DNA of 64,000 nucleotides from Nitrosopumilus sp. (GCA_965207075.1 CBDBLO010000002.1:1248001-1312000), one strand, 5' to 3'. Counted from the stretch's first letter, positions 36,365 through 47,219 are shown. Numbers and translations: made by a program. The notes: a model not told the origin generated them from the sequence alone.

Positions 36365-38194
36365 TCAGCGCGCCTCGTCTGTGCAGAATATGACCGTGGA
36401 CAGGGATGCTGCCGGCGAGCCCCCTTCTGCCGCCCTGCTGCCGTCGGCGGCGGGCGTGATAACCGTATCAAACACGTCTGCAACCCTCTGCGGGTCGGAC
36501 TCCGCTCCCGTCACGGAGCCTGGCAGGGCCGCGAACACCCTGATCCTGGATCCCAACACGTCGCTGAGCTCCTGGTTGACCGTGGTGACGAACGGCCGGA
36601 GCGCCCCCCTGAACACCTCTGCCTGAGCCCTCTGTATGCCCGTGGTCTTTTTTCCGGATGGCAGCCGGGGCCCCACAATCATGATCGTGCCGTCAGTATC
36701 CTTGAACCGCCTGGGGTCCTCCCCGCCCCCGGGCACGAACGCGCCCAGCACGGCCTGCGCCGATACGGCGGGCCTGATGACAAACTTTGAGACGAGCCCG
36801 TCCCACTCCTTGCGCGTAATCTTGGTCAGCTTCTCTACTGCCGGGACGCTGCCCGTGTAGTGTACGGCCCCCAGTATCTTCCCCCTCTTCTGCTGGGCTG
36901 TCCCGAGCCACCTGGAGACCTCCTCGGGGTCGGCCAGGTTTATCACGTGCGAGTGCATCTTCTTGGCGATGCGCTCCGCGGCCTCGGCGGGCGCCGCGTC
37001 TGACACGAAGCACACCACGTCCCCCCCGCAGTCGTCCTGTATGTGGGACGCCATGTGCTCTATGTGCCGCACGTCTTCCACGTCCGTGGGATCGGCCGTG
37101 ATTACAATTATGCCTTTTCCGCCTGACAGGTCGGGCCTCGCCTTTGGCGCGGGGAGCGCGCCTGCAACGTGCGGCTTTACCGGGTAAAAGACCCTGTCGC
37201 CTGGCACGACCTTGCCGTCAAGTATTGCCGACATCTCGTCGCCGCACAGGTTCAGCACCGACTCTGCGACCTGGTCCTGCGATAGAAACTCTTGGTTTGC
37301 GATCATCCGCGACGTGTTCTTCTGCACCTTCTCGGCGATGTACTGTATCTTCTCTAGCAGGCCCGTGAGGACCTTGGAGGCCTCTTCCTCTGACACCCCC
37401 TTTTCGTGCGACATCGCCCTTGCGGCCGACGCAACCCCGTCCGACACCGTCTTCTCGTCCTCGCCCAGCAGCGGCAACAGCCTTTCGGACGCGTACCTCT
37501 CCACCTCCGCGGGGCTCATGGACTCGTACCCGCTCACCCTCATGAACTCGGCCGCCGCCTTTGGGTATACGGTCTTGTATATCCTGTCAGAGTGGACGGG
37601 CCCCGGGTTTGTCGCGATGGACGCGATGCCGGTCCCGGCAAGCTCCCATGACATCATTTCAGCAAGCCTGTTCTTCGCGCCCTGGGACGCGGTGTACGGG
37701 CTTCTGAACCTGTAGGGCCGCTGCTCGAGCGGCCTCTCCTCCGTAAAAAAGGTCGATATCGTAATTATCTTGCCGCCCCGCCCCATCACCCTGAGGGCCT
37801 GGACTGAGCCCCAGAACGTCCCTGTCAGGTGTATGTTCACGGTGCTCTCAAAGTCTTTCATCGACGCGTTGGCAAAGCAGGTGACCGGCCCCGACACCCC
37901 CGCGTTGTTTATCATGTAGTCCACCGTCGTGCCGTCTGCCGCCAGCCTGTCAAACATGGAGCTGACGCCCGCCTCGTCGGCCACGTCCACCCCGGGAAAT
38001 ATCGTAACCTTGGCGTCCCCGTGGCCCTGCTGCCGCGCGATGTCCCTTAGTTCTGACGCCGCGGACTCCAGCGGCTCCTTTCGCCTTCCCAGTATGATCA
38101 CGTTTGCCCCGTGCCCTGCAAACTTTTTTGCTATTGCAAGGCCTATCCCGGTGCCACTGCCTGTGATCAGGGCGGTCTTGCCTGCAAAACCCAT
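36365..38194 (-). CDS. Two-domain short-chain dehydrogenase/reductase
   Basis: ITGSGTGIG, NNAG, PGPVHSDRI; degenerate second Rossmann domain. Confidence 0.85.
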   Translation of the reverse strand: MGFAGKTALITGSGTGIGLAIAKKFAGHGANVIILGRRKEPLESAASELRDIARQQGHGDAKVTIFPGVDVADEAGVSSMFDRLAADGTTVDYMINNAGVSGPVTCFANASMKDFESTVNIHLTGTFWGSVQALRVMGRGGKIITISTFFTEERPLEQRPYRFRSPYTASQGAKNRLAEMMSWELAGTGIASIATNPGPVHSDRIYKTVYPKAAAEFMRVSGYESMSPAEVERYASERLLPLLGEDEKTVSDGVASAARAMSHEKGVSEEEASKVLTGLLEKIQYIAEKVQKNTSRMIANQEFLSQDQVAESVLNLCGDEMSAILDGKVVPGDRVFYPVKPHVAGALPAPKARPDLSGGKGIIVITADPTDVEDVRHIEHMASHIQDDCGGDVVCFVSDAAPAEAAERIAKKMHSHVINLADPEEVSRWLGTAQQKRGKILGAVHYTGSVPAVEKLTKITRKEWDGLVSKFVIRPAVSAQAVLGAFVPGGGEDPRRFKDTDGTIMIVGPRLPSGKKTTGIQRAQAEVFRGALRPFVTTVNQELSDVLGSRIRVFAALPGSVTGAESDPQRVADVFDTVITPAADGSRAAEGGSPAASLSTVIFCTDEAR

Positions 38195-38404
38195 GGCTGT
38201 TCGGTTTTGCCTTGATATTTATTTTGATTGATTGGCGGTACTGAAGAGTCTGGGAATCATGTCGCCCCGACGCATAAGAGGGCCTACATGGAGAGGGGGG
38301 GGGGGGCCGCAATGACACTTCAGACCAGGTGTGACGAACAGGCTCTCATGCGAGAGCAAAGGGAGGGGGCCGAGCGCATACCCAAGACCGCCGGCGCGCG
38401 AGGG

Positions 38405-38630
38405 GCATGCCAAGAAGAGGCAGCGCAGGCACGGGAGGTACGGGCGGAGGCACAGCAACACACTCTGGCACGCGTACTATGCGCAGCTGGAGGACGGGAG
38501 ATGGATGATCGTATACGTGGACGTATAATCCCGGTACATCGTGGGATACGGCGTGCTTGACCACGCCACGTCCGAGGACGCCGCCGCGGTCTTCAGGCGG
38601 GCCTGCCTCGAGCACGGGACTCGCCGCCGC
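38405..38630 (+). pseudogene. IS481-family (rve) transposase remnant
   Basis: RYGRRHSNTLWHAYYAQLEDGRWMIVYVDV*SRYIVGYGVLDHATSEDA; in-frame TAA at 38526 and loss of catalytic Asp. Confidence 0.75.
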
Positions 38631-38824
38631 GACTGAACCGCCATCGGTGACATTCTGCTGTTGTCGACGCTTTGATCCCGTCTTTGTTGTTACCGCCCGG
38701 GGCCCCTGTCATGCGCATTCGGCCAGGATGCATGGCATGCAAACTCGCGGGCAGGGCCGCAGGCGCGCGCCCCGCCACCCACCAGACGACCTCCCGCCAG
38801 CTATTGCCGCACGAGGATCCGCCA

Positions 38825-39160
38825 TCATGGCGACGAACCGAGCGCGCCGTCGATCATGCCCTTGTAGGTCGCCTTTGGCGCCGAGCCGACGTGCTGTGCT
38901 GCGACGCTGCCCTTGCTGACGAGGAGGAGCGTGGGGGTGCTGTACACCTCATGCCGTGACGCCAGCTCGCCGCCCTTGTCTATGTCTACCTCGACGAACT
39001 TGATCCTTCCGCCATAATCCTCGGAGAGCTCTTCCACTGCTTGCTTTATCTTGCGGCAGTGTCCGCACCACCCTGCGTAAAACTTTACGAACACGGGGAT
39101 GTCCGACTGCAGCACTTCAGATTCCCACGCGCCTGTGTCGTTGATTGGCATGACACCCAT
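38825..39160 (-). CDS. trxA: Thioredoxin
   Basis: FYAGWCGHC, STPTLL. Confidence 0.9.
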   Translation of the reverse strand: MGVMPINDTGAWESEVLQSDIPVFVKFYAGWCGHCRKIKQAVEELSEDYGGRIKFVEVDIDKGGELASRHEVYSTPTLLLVSKGSVAAQHVGSAPKATYKGMIDGALGSSP

Positions 39161-39248
39161 ACGCACCGCTGGGATCTAAATTGCTTAAAAAACCTTCGTT
39201 AAGCCGTCGGCTGCCAATATTTATTTGTGGGAGCGCGGCAGTTTCGTC

Positions 39249-39485
39249 ATGCACGACGACGAGCCCGACACGTTTGAGGCGATGACTTGGCCCGAAAAGT
39301 TTGCCGGCATGCTTGCAGGAATCGGCGTCGAGGCGGAGGCCTGCGGCGTGGGCACGACTCCTGCGGAGTCCGGCGATTACTACTCCAGGTATGCGGCAAG
39401 CACGCCGCGCATGGTGACAAACCGCGGGTGCGCCACGCTGAAGGGGTGCAACATAGACGCGGTGCACATCGTGCAAAAGGGGTGA
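39249..39485 (+). CDS. Hypothetical protein
   Basis: 78-aa ORF after TATTTA box. Confidence 0.6.
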   Translation: MHDDEPDTFEAMTWPEKFAGMLAGIGVEAEACGVGTTPAESGDYYSRYAASTPRMVTNRGCATLKGCNIDAVHIVQKG

Positions 39486-39567
39486 CTTCAATTAGTGGCA
39501 GTGACAGATGATGGCAGTGATGATTACCGCAACGGCGGCAGTGGCGAAGGGCGGGCGATGAGCTGAG

Positions 39568-39978
39568 ATGCAGGATCCAAACGTCGCGCCGTGGGGGGCG
39601 CTCGACAGGTACCAGGCCCACTTTCTGGTGCGCATTCCGGACTACAACGAGAGGGCGCACAAGGGCGCCGACGTCTTTGCAAGGACGAAACTTGAGACCC
39701 GCGGGCATTTTGCCGCAAAGAGGGTCGAGTCGGTCAGCTGGGAGGGGCCAAGCCATCCGCTGCTGGTGCGGCTCAACCGGGACGCGGAACTCAACGAGAT
39801 GATTGCGCGGCAGTCCGTATGGGACGCGGCCATATCCGTCGAGCAGACCGGCGAGAACGTACGGATACACGGGAGGTGGAGAGACGGGGCCGCGTTTGGC
39901 GTCAGCCGCGACCTGTTTGAGATTTACGACCGCATAGCCGGGCACGTCAGGGAGTCATGCCTTCCACCAGTCAAGTGA
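39568..39978 (+). CDS. Hypothetical protein
   Basis: 136-aa ORF. Confidence 0.65.
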   Translation: MQDPNVAPWGALDRYQAHFLVRIPDYNERAHKGADVFARTKLETRGHFAAKRVESVSWEGPSHPLLVRLNRDAELNEMIARQSVWDAAISVEQTGENVRIHGRWRDGAAFGVSRDLFEIYDRIAGHVRESCLPPVK

Positions 39979-40509
39979 CACAAAGTCCACGTTCTTGCTG
40001 CTCCTCGGTATTGCCAGTATGAACTGCTTTCTGACTGTCGATGCGAGCCGGCCTGCCAGCACCACCCCCGTGGACGTTACGGGATCCGCCCTGCTGTATA
40101 CGTGCACCATGTACGGCGCGTGGTCGATGCCGGGCCCGTTCTCGTACACCGCAAAGTCGCACCCGAACTTTATGCCGGAGCTGACGACATACCCGAGATC
40201 CCTGAACTTTTTGTATACGATGTACTTTTTGTCAAACTCGTGGTACTGGCCGCGGCACATCTGGGCCATCTGCTGCGCCGACACGCGGCGCCGCGACATC
40301 GTCACCCTGATTACATTGCCCTCGAGCAGGTAGAGGCTCTCTATGAGGTCCAGCACGAGCGGCACGTCTATCTCCTCTATCCTCGGCTTTGGCATGCCCA
40401 CGGGCTTGCCGTAATACCCCATGGAGAACACCGTCTTGGCGTCGTCCCTGTCCCACACCATCACGCGGTTCTCTACAAGCTCGCAGGGTATGGCCCTTCC
40501 CTTTGCCAT
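39955..40509 (-). CDS. endA: tRNA-intron endonuclease
   Basis: LDLIESLYL, YIVYKKFRDLGYVVSSGIKFGCDFAVY..GPGIDHAPY. Confidence 0.92.
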   Translation of the reverse strand: MAKGRAIPCELVENRVMVWDRDDAKTVFSMGYYGKPVGMPKPRIEEIDVPLVLDLIESLYLLEGNVIRVTMSRRRVSAQQMAQMCRGQYHEFDKKYIVYKKFRDLGYVVSSGIKFGCDFAVYENGPGIDHAPYMVHVYSRADPVTSTGVVLAGRLASTVRKQFILAIPRSSKNVDFVSLDWWKA

Positions 40510-40611
40510 GCGTGGCGTGCGCGCAGCCTGCGTATATGGGTTGCACTCCTCCCGCTCCAGATGTGGCATAGTCCCGCCGCCACGCCCTGTCGCAAAACGC
40601 ACGAGCGGGTC

Positions 40612-41265
40612 TCAGAGGCTGAGGGCAAGCAGTATGAACGAGTCTGAGACCCTCTGGCACTTGTCGGCCATCTCCTCTATCCCCTCTATCACGTCCTTCA
40701 TCAGCATCATCTCCTTCGTGTTGGTTATCTCCGTCAGCAGCTTCATCGTGGCCTGCCTGTACTTTATGTCGATCTCCCTCTCTATGGTCTGGGTCTCCTG
40801 CGCGAGCTCTATCGCGTTTGCCGTGTTCGTAGTCAGGCTCCGTATTATCTCGTTGAGCTTGTACACCTCGTCGACCACCAGGTCGATCAGATCCGTGATG
40901 TCCTTGTCGATCTTCGCGCTTCGCAGGGTGGTGGGCTTTACGTTTGAGAGCTTGAACGATATGCCCGTGATGTATCCAGCAATCTCGTCCATCGTATACG
41001 CGGTGTTGAGCAGGTTCTCCCTGTTCATTATCAGGCCCCCGACGTCGGCGACCTCCCTTGTTATCTTCCGGCGCAGGTTCTCCACGTCCTCCTCAATGGA
41101 CGATATCTGCTCCAGCGCGGACTTGATTCCCTGCTTGTCCCTCTTCATCATCAGGTCCGGCAGGGTGGCAAGTTCTCTTGACGCGTTGAGTATGCGGTTA
41201 ATCTCGTCTTGAAGCACGGCAATCGCCTTGCGCTTTGCCTGTACCTCCAACTCGCCACTATACAT
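40612..41265 (-). CDS. DUF47/PhoU-like phosphate transport regulator
   Basis: IEEDVENLRRKI, IEREID, IEEMADKC duplicated helical motif. Confidence 0.85.
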   Translation of the reverse strand: MYSGELEVQAKRKAIAVLQDEINRILNASRELATLPDLMMKRDKQGIKSALEQISSIEEDVENLRRKITREVADVGGLIMNRENLLNTAYTMDEIAGYITGISFKLSNVKPTTLRSAKIDKDITDLIDLVVDEVYKLNEIIRSLTTNTANAIELAQETQTIEREIDIKYRQATMKLLTEITNTKEMMLMKDVIEGIEEMADKCQRVSDSFILLALSL

Positions 41266-41329
41266 AACAGAGAGTAAATGGCGATTCTGTAATTTAAGTT
41301 GTGTATGGTTGCGGCCGCAGCCCCTCCCG

Positions 41330-43087
41330 TCACTCCGCGTGCAGGGTCTTTTTCTGGCTTCTGTACATCGAGACTATCTCGCGCGTCGTAGTCGCGCTCT
41401 CCGGGTGCTTTTCATCCCTCGTACGGCCCGTATACTTTGGAAACCTGAGCGCGAGTCCCGCGCCCTTCCTTACCGCATCCCACGCGGCCCTGTGGACGGG
41501 GCTGAGCGTTATCTCCGATGCCACCGTCTCTATCACAAGCTCGGGCTCGAACCACACCTCGGCCTCCATCGCGCTGTCTATGCGCGGGTTTCTTCTTACC
41601 GTAACCTTGGGGTGGAGTATCTGGTAGAGCCTGTCAAGCTCCTCGTCGGTGAATCCGGTGCCCACCTTGCATACGCTGGGGAACGTGTCGAGCTGGTCGT
41701 CGTACGCTGCAAGCAGGAGCGTGCCGTATATGCCCGTCCTCCTGCCTTTTCCAAAAAATCCCCCGACCACCACCAGGTCGAGGCTGTCGCCGAGCTCGCT
41801 CCTGTACTCTTTTTTGAGCTTTAGCCAGTTGCTTCCGCGCGCCCCCGCCTGGTATGTGGCGTCCGGCATCTTTAGCATCAGGCCCTCGCTCCCGGCGTTT
41901 ATTGCGCTCTCCATAAACTCCGACATCTCCTGCGCGCTGGTTATCGTGGCCATTGCGACGCACCTCACGCGCTCCCCCTCCGTTATGGTGTCCTCCAGCA
42001 TGGCGCGCCTCTTTGAATACGGGACCTCCAAGCAGCTCCTGCCGTCCAGATACAGTATGTCGAAAAAGTTGACCGCAACCGGGTATTCGGACACGGCCTT
42101 TTCGATCTTGTGCTTTCTCCTGCGGTGCATGAGCTCCTGGAACGGCAGGAACTCGCCGGTCTTCTCGTTTATCGCAACCGCCTCGGCCTCCAGTATGGCC
42201 TCGCCCGCGGACACGTCCTGCGGCAGCCTCTCGGCAACGTCCGGATAGTGGGCGGTGATGTTCTCCAGCCTCCGCGAGAACATCTCGACCCTCTTGCCTG
42301 ACATGTGCACCTGCACCCGCTCGCCGTCAAGCTTGTACTCGGCGGCGAGCCCGGCGCCCATCTTCGATATGGCGTCCTCCTCGCTCTTGACGCGCTCGGC
42401 GAGCATGGGCCGTATGGGGCGGAACGGCTCGGCCCTGAACCTGCCTGCCCCCTCCAGCCCGCCCGCGGCGATGGCCTCGGCTACGGCCCCGAGGTCGCTT
42501 GACACGTTGTATGCGCGCTCGACCGCGCCGCGGTTTGCCTTGTCCCCCGTGAACGCGGCGGCCAGCGCGTCCATTATCGTGTTCTCGGCTATGCCAAACC
42601 GCAGCGTCCCGAGCAGTATCTTCAGTATGTATCCGGCCTCTGCCGGGCGCGCGTCGTTCAGCAGGCTTGATATGTACCTGGACTTCATGCCCTGCGAGCG
42701 CCCCCCCTCGAGCCCTGCAATCCTGAAGAGGGTCTCGTACACCCTCTCCACCGTAATGTCCTGCACGAAGAACGTGGTCTGCGTCTTCTGCCCCATTATG
42801 TCGACTGACGCGCGGCCCAGGTCGCCGTCCTTGCGGTACTGCTCCTCTATCCTCTTCGTGGGGACGCCGGAGGACTTTGAGAGGGCCTTTATGGCAAGCT
42901 TCTCTGCCACCCCGAGTTCGACGCCCTCAAAGTCCGGCCTGATCTTTCCCTGCAGGAGGTACACGGCCCTTGCCACCACGTCATGCGGCGTCTGCTCGAA
43001 CAGCGCTATCAGTATCTGGGTGAGCTCGTTGCGTTTTGTGGTGGACTCCATCTTCCCAAACGCGTCTGCAAGAACGGAAAACTCCAC
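41330..43087 (-). CDS. lig: ATP-dependent DNA ligase
   Basis: EYKLDGERVQVH, EGLMLK, WLKLK, LRFPK. Confidence 0.95.
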   Translation of the reverse strand: MEFSVLADAFGKMESTTKRNELTQILIALFEQTPHDVVARAVYLLQGKIRPDFEGVELGVAEKLAIKALSKSSGVPTKRIEEQYRKDGDLGRASVDIMGQKTQTTFFVQDITVERVYETLFRIAGLEGGRSQGMKSRYISSLLNDARPAEAGYILKILLGTLRFGIAENTIMDALAAAFTGDKANRGAVERAYNVSSDLGAVAEAIAAGGLEGAGRFRAEPFRPIRPMLAERVKSEEDAISKMGAGLAAEYKLDGERVQVHMSGKRVEMFSRRLENITAHYPDVAERLPQDVSAGEAILEAEAVAINEKTGEFLPFQELMHRRRKHKIEKAVSEYPVAVNFFDILYLDGRSCLEVPYSKRRAMLEDTITEGERVRCVAMATITSAQEMSEFMESAINAGSEGLMLKMPDATYQAGARGSNWLKLKKEYRSELGDSLDLVVVGGFFGKGRRTGIYGTLLLAAYDDQLDTFPSVCKVGTGFTDEELDRLYQILHPKVTVRRNPRIDSAMEAEVWFEPELVIETVASEITLSPVHRAAWDAVRKGAGLALRFPKYTGRTRDEKHPESATTTREIVSMYRSQKKTLHAE

Positions 43088-43120
43088 TGCCTTTTTGCGG
43101 CGGGGCCGAATAAAAACAGT

Positions 43121-43534
43121 TCAGATGTACCTGAGTATGGTGGGCTTGCTGGGCCCCGGCGTCATGTCGGAGACGAGCGCAAAGTTGTGCAGCGGGTACG
43201 CCGCCTTGTATTGCTTCATGTAGCTCCATGCCACGTCGTGCGTCTTGAACTCGGTGCGTATCCCGTCGACGACCACCTGCTTGCCGTACACGTCAAAGAC
43301 CACTATGCGGTACGCCTTTGGACGGTTGTGGGGCTTTGCCTTTAGGAGCCAGGCCATGGCGAACACGAAGACGGCGCCGAGCACCACGTACTCGCCTGCC
43401 ACCCTGAAAAAGTCGACGACCACGCCGGGTATGGTCTGTCCGAACAGCACCGCCATAAAGTTTGAGAATGAGATCACGGCCAGTGCGGTGGCAAGGTACG
43501 TCCTCCACTCGAAGATCCAGCCGACCCTGCTCAT
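43121..43534 (-). CDS. Conserved hypothetical membrane protein
   Basis: Two TM segments. Confidence 0.75.
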   Translation of the reverse strand: MSRVGWIFEWRTYLATALAVISFSNFMAVLFGQTIPGVVVDFFRVAGEYVVLGAVFVFAMAWLLKAKPHNRPKAYRIVVFDVYGKQVVVDGIRTEFKTHDVAWSYMKQYKAAYPLHNFALVSDMTPGPSKPTILRYI

Positions 43535-43725
43535 CAGATGGCCTTTGTGCCTTTTTGATTTAACTATTTCCCGCATTTTCTGCCGATCTGCCCGCCGAAT
43601 CCCGGCATCCTGCCCAAAGACGGGCGGCGCGGCGCAGGGGCCGCCGATCTGCGGGGGCTCGTGAACCGGTTCTGGCGCGCGCCGGGGCGGATGCCGCCGG
43701 ATGACACGCACCTGCCCTGCTGCCC

Positions 43726-44880
43726 CTAGTCGGGATCCTCGTACCTGGCCCCGCTGCCGTCCTCGCCGGCCTTGCCTGCGCCGGCCGACGCGTTGTCCAT
43801 TGGAACCATCTTCTCGTCCAGCGAGCTGATGACTGCCTTGTAGCCCTCGGCGTATTCAAGCTCGGAGGGGACCAGCGTGGCCGGGTGTATAAAGCCCTGG
43901 CTCCTCATCTCGAGCGCCTTTGTCGTGGCGCGCTCCCTGACAAGATCCCAGTCCGGCGTGGAGAACCCATCAAACGGCCCCGTCAGCCTCCCCTCGTGCA
44001 TGCTGAACACCAGGGCCTCTACAATTGGAATGCAAAAGTTGATCGTGGCCGCCGAGTTGAGCCTTACCGGCATCAGCGGCATGTTGTGGCTGCCGCGCGT
44101 GTTCCCGGCCACGTAGTGCGGGTTGTTGAATACGCTGCCGACCTCTTCTGTGGCGGGGAACATCTTTTGCGTCCTTACCATGCAGATGGGATCGTCCTTG
44201 CCGACATACGTGCCGGCTATGTTGTGCAGCCGGTCGGTGGATGCCGAGAGTATCGGCTCGCCGTCCTTTGTGTACACGGAGTCCACCACGTACCTGCCGG
44301 GGTACATCAGGGCCGCCTCCAAGAGCGGCTTGTCCTGCCACATCTCAAGCTCGGCAATCCTGCCCCCCTCCACGTCCATCACGTTTATCACGACGCCCCT
44401 TGCCAGGCTCTTGTTGACTATGAGTCCGGTGTTGCTGAGCGCGTCCACAAACATCCTGTATATGGGGTAGTTGAACGCCCCCGGCTCGGTCTTGTCCGCC
44501 GCAAATATCGTAAACGCCTCGTTGGGCCTCTCCTCAAACTCCATCTCGGCCACGCCGGGACCCATGCCTTTTACGTTCCCGGAAAACGAGTCCTTCAGCA
44601 GGTCCTGGCCCGCTCCGTAGAGCCCCTCGGCCCTTGCGACCTCTGTGCCCGCCATGAACGCGTCCCATGCAAGCTTGTGTATCCCCTCGCTGTCGGTCCC
44701 GTGCGTGTGGGACATTACAATGTGGACGTCGTCGCCGCAGTATCCTATGTAGTGGTCAAGGAGCATGTCACTTGAGGACTGCACCACGCCCCTTACTGCC
44801 GCAATCAGCCCGTCGCTGGGCCTCGTGTGCCCGCCGACGCCGCCCACGTCGGCCTTTATGGCCGATACCGTAACCTTCAC
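43726..44880 (-). CDS. fbp: Fructose-1,6-bisphosphate aldolase/phosphatase
   Basis: IKADVGG, GDD, YGAGQDLL, DKTEPGAFN, YVGKDDP. Confidence 0.95.
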   Translation of the reverse strand: MKVTVSAIKADVGGVGGHTRPSDGLIAAVRGVVQSSSDMLLDHYIGYCGDDVHIVMSHTHGTDSEGIHKLAWDAFMAGTEVARAEGLYGAGQDLLKDSFSGNVKGMGPGVAEMEFEERPNEAFTIFAADKTEPGAFNYPIYRMFVDALSNTGLIVNKSLARGVVINVMDVEGGRIAELEMWQDKPLLEAALMYPGRYVVDSVYTKDGEPILSASTDRLHNIAGTYVGKDDPICMVRTQKMFPATEEVGSVFNNPHYVAGNTRGSHNMPLMPVRLNSAATINFCIPIVEALVFSMHEGRLTGPFDGFSTPDWDLVRERATTKALEMRSQGFIHPATLVPSELEYAEGYKAVISSLDEKMVPMDNASAGAGKAGEDGSGARYEDPD

Positions 44881-45292
44881 GAGGCTGCTGTACGTGCCTT
44901 TGATTTATGTGCTTTTAGTGGAAACGGCTAGTGCCGCCGGGCAGGTCTTTGCCGGCTTTCTTTCACGCGCATCATTCTGTACGTGGGCGCCGCCACCACT
45001 GGTTGCATCCTATATCCTGTCCGCCGCCGCTCGCCCTCATGCGATCGCGGTGTGCGGAGCCTGTCCGCCACCGCCACCGCCACCACCCAACACCGTGATC
45101 CCCTTTGACGATCTCCAAGATATGCGGTGTTATGGTGTGATTTTTTGGCATATTTGGTATGTGCTTCCATAACATGTAACTGCACTCCGCATGAAATGAA
45201 ATTTTTTATGATGCCGCATCTTCTAAAATCCGCCTTGGAAATCGCGGTTTTTTTCATAACAGTAATAAATACCCCCCAAGAGGACTCCCAAT

Positions 45293-46591
45293 ATGGCAGA
45301 CAAGCCCCACCTGAACATGATAGTGACAGGGCACATCGACAACGGCAAGTCCACTACGATGGGACACTTTCTGATGGACCTGGGGGTGGTTGACGAGAGG
45401 ACCATAGCGGCCCATGCGACTGAGTCTGAAAAGACCGGCAAGGGTGACACATTCAAGTATGCCTGGGTCATGGACAACATAAAGGATGAGCGGGAGCGCG
45501 GCATTACGATTGATCTTGCATTTCAAAAATTCGAGTCGACAAAGTACTTTTTCACCCTGATTGACGCCCCGGGACACCGGGACTTTATCAAGAACATGAT
45601 CACGGGTGCGTCGGAGGCCGATGCCGCCATCTTGGTGCTCTCCGCCAAGGAAGGCGAGACTGACACCGCGGTCGCGGCAGGCGGGCAGGCCAGGGAGCAC
45701 GCGTTCCTGCTAAAGACGCTTGGCGTAAACCAGCTCATCGTTGCAATCAACAAGATGGATGACAGCAGCTATTCGGAGGACGCATACAAGGCGGCCAAGG
45801 AAAAGGGCGAAAAGCTAGTCCGTTCTGTAGGCTACAAGTTGGATTCGGTCCCGTTCATACCCGTGTCGGGATGGAAGGGCGACAACCTGGTGAAAAAGTC
45901 CGAGAACATGCCGTGGTATACGGGCAAGACCCTGCTGGAGGCGTTTGACGACTTTGCCGTGCCAGAAAAGCCGGTCGGAAAGCCGCTGCGCGTGCCCATC
46001 CAGGACGTCTACACCATCACCGGGGTCGGCACAGTCCCCGTCGGAAGGGTCGAGACTGGCACCATGAAGACCAATGACAAGATCATCGTCATGCCTGCGG
46101 GCGCCACGGGCGAGATAAAGTCCATCGAGACGCACCACACCGAGATGCCGTCTGCCGAGTCCGGCGACAACATCGGCTTCAACCTCAGGGGCATAGAGAA
46201 GAAGGACATCAAGCGGGGCGACGTCCTTGGCACGCCCGACGCGCCTCCGATGGTCGCAAAAGAGTTCAAGGCGCAGATTATCGTCATACACCACCCGACT
46301 GCGATTGCGCCTGGGTATACTCCGGTCATGCACGCGCACACGTCCCAGGTCGCCGCAACCGTGACGGAGTTTCTTCAAAAGATAAACCCTGCAACGGGCG
46401 CCGTGGAGGAGGAGAATCCAAAGTTCCTCAAGGTCGGCGACTCTGCAATTGTAAAGATCAGACCCGTCAGGCCCACGTGCATCGAGACGTTTCAGGACTT
46501 TCCTGAGATGGGAAGGTTCGCGCTCAGGGACATGGGCGCCACCATTGCGGCGGGGATTGTAAAAGAGATTACAGAGGAATACAAGCCCTAG
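45293..46591 (+). CDS. tuf: Translation elongation factor EF-1 alpha
   Basis: GHIDNGKST, ERERGITID, DAPGHRDF, NKMD. Confidence 0.97.
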   Translation: MADKPHLNMIVTGHIDNGKSTTMGHFLMDLGVVDERTIAAHATESEKTGKGDTFKYAWVMDNIKDERERGITIDLAFQKFESTKYFFTLIDAPGHRDFIKNMITGASEADAAILVLSAKEGETDTAVAAGGQAREHAFLLKTLGVNQLIVAINKMDDSSYSEDAYKAAKEKGEKLVRSVGYKLDSVPFIPVSGWKGDNLVKKSENMPWYTGKTLLEAFDDFAVPEKPVGKPLRVPIQDVYTITGVGTVPVGRVETGTMKTNDKIIVMPAGATGEIKSIETHHTEMPSAESGDNIGFNLRGIEKKDIKRGDVLGTPDAPPMVAKEFKAQIIVIHHPTAIAPGYTPVMHAHTSQVAATVTEFLQKINPATGAVEEENPKFLKVGDSAIVKIRPVRPTCIETFQDFPEMGRFALRDMGATIAAGIVKEITEEYKP

Positions 46592-46613
46592 ACTTGCGTG
46601 GCTGTTGGTTGCT

Positions 46614-46922
46614 ATGACGCAGACTGCCCGTGTAAAGCTTACCTCCACCAGCCTCCCAAAACTGGACGGGGTCTGCGACGAGATAATGAGCATAAAAAAG
46701 ACCGGCGTAAAGGTAAAGGGCCCCACCCCGCTTCCGGTAAAGCGCCTCCACGTCGCGACCCGCAAGTCGCCGTGCGGCAACGGCACCGAGACCTATGAGA
46801 AGTGGGAGATGAAGATGCACCGGCGAATCATCAACATCAACGCGGACGACAAGGCCATCCGCCAGCTTATGAGGCTCAAGATACCCGACGACGTGTACAT
46901 AGAGCTCTCGCTTACGGGATGA
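46614..46922 (+). CDS. rps10: 30S ribosomal protein S10
   Basis: GPTPLP, RKSPCGNG, MHRRII. Confidence 0.95.
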   Translation: MTQTARVKLTSTSLPKLDGVCDEIMSIKKTGVKVKGPTPLPVKRLHVATRKSPCGNGTETYEKWEMKMHRRIININADDKAIRQLMRLKIPDDVYIELSLTG

Positions 46923-46955
46923 CTGGGAATTCTTAAATTATGACTGGAACAAGGT

Positions 46956-47219
46956 GTGTTGATTATGACCCTTAACGCCGGAGAATCTGCAGTGCTTGCC
47001 AGAAAGGCGCCGGATGATGACAATGACAGCGACGACGGACTGGCCGTCGCGGACGATCCTGCCGTGGAGCGCTTTGACGTACACTACTCGTGCCTGAGGT
47101 GCGGGACCGTCACGTCCGGCACCGAGATATCCAGGCTTCCCGAGATAAAGTGCATCTGCGGGTTCAAGGTGTTTACAAAGGTGCGCCCCCCGGTAGTAAA
47201 GTCGATCCGGGCCATCTGA
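46956..47219 (+). CDS. rpo12: RNA polymerase subunit Rpo12 (RpoP); start uncertain
   Basis: YSCLRCG..IKCICGFKVFTKVRPPVVK. Confidence 0.85.
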   Translation: MLIMTLNAGESAVLARKAPDDDNDSDDGLAVADDPAVERFDVHYSCLRCGTVTSGTEISRLPEIKCICGFKVFTKVRPPVVKSIRAI

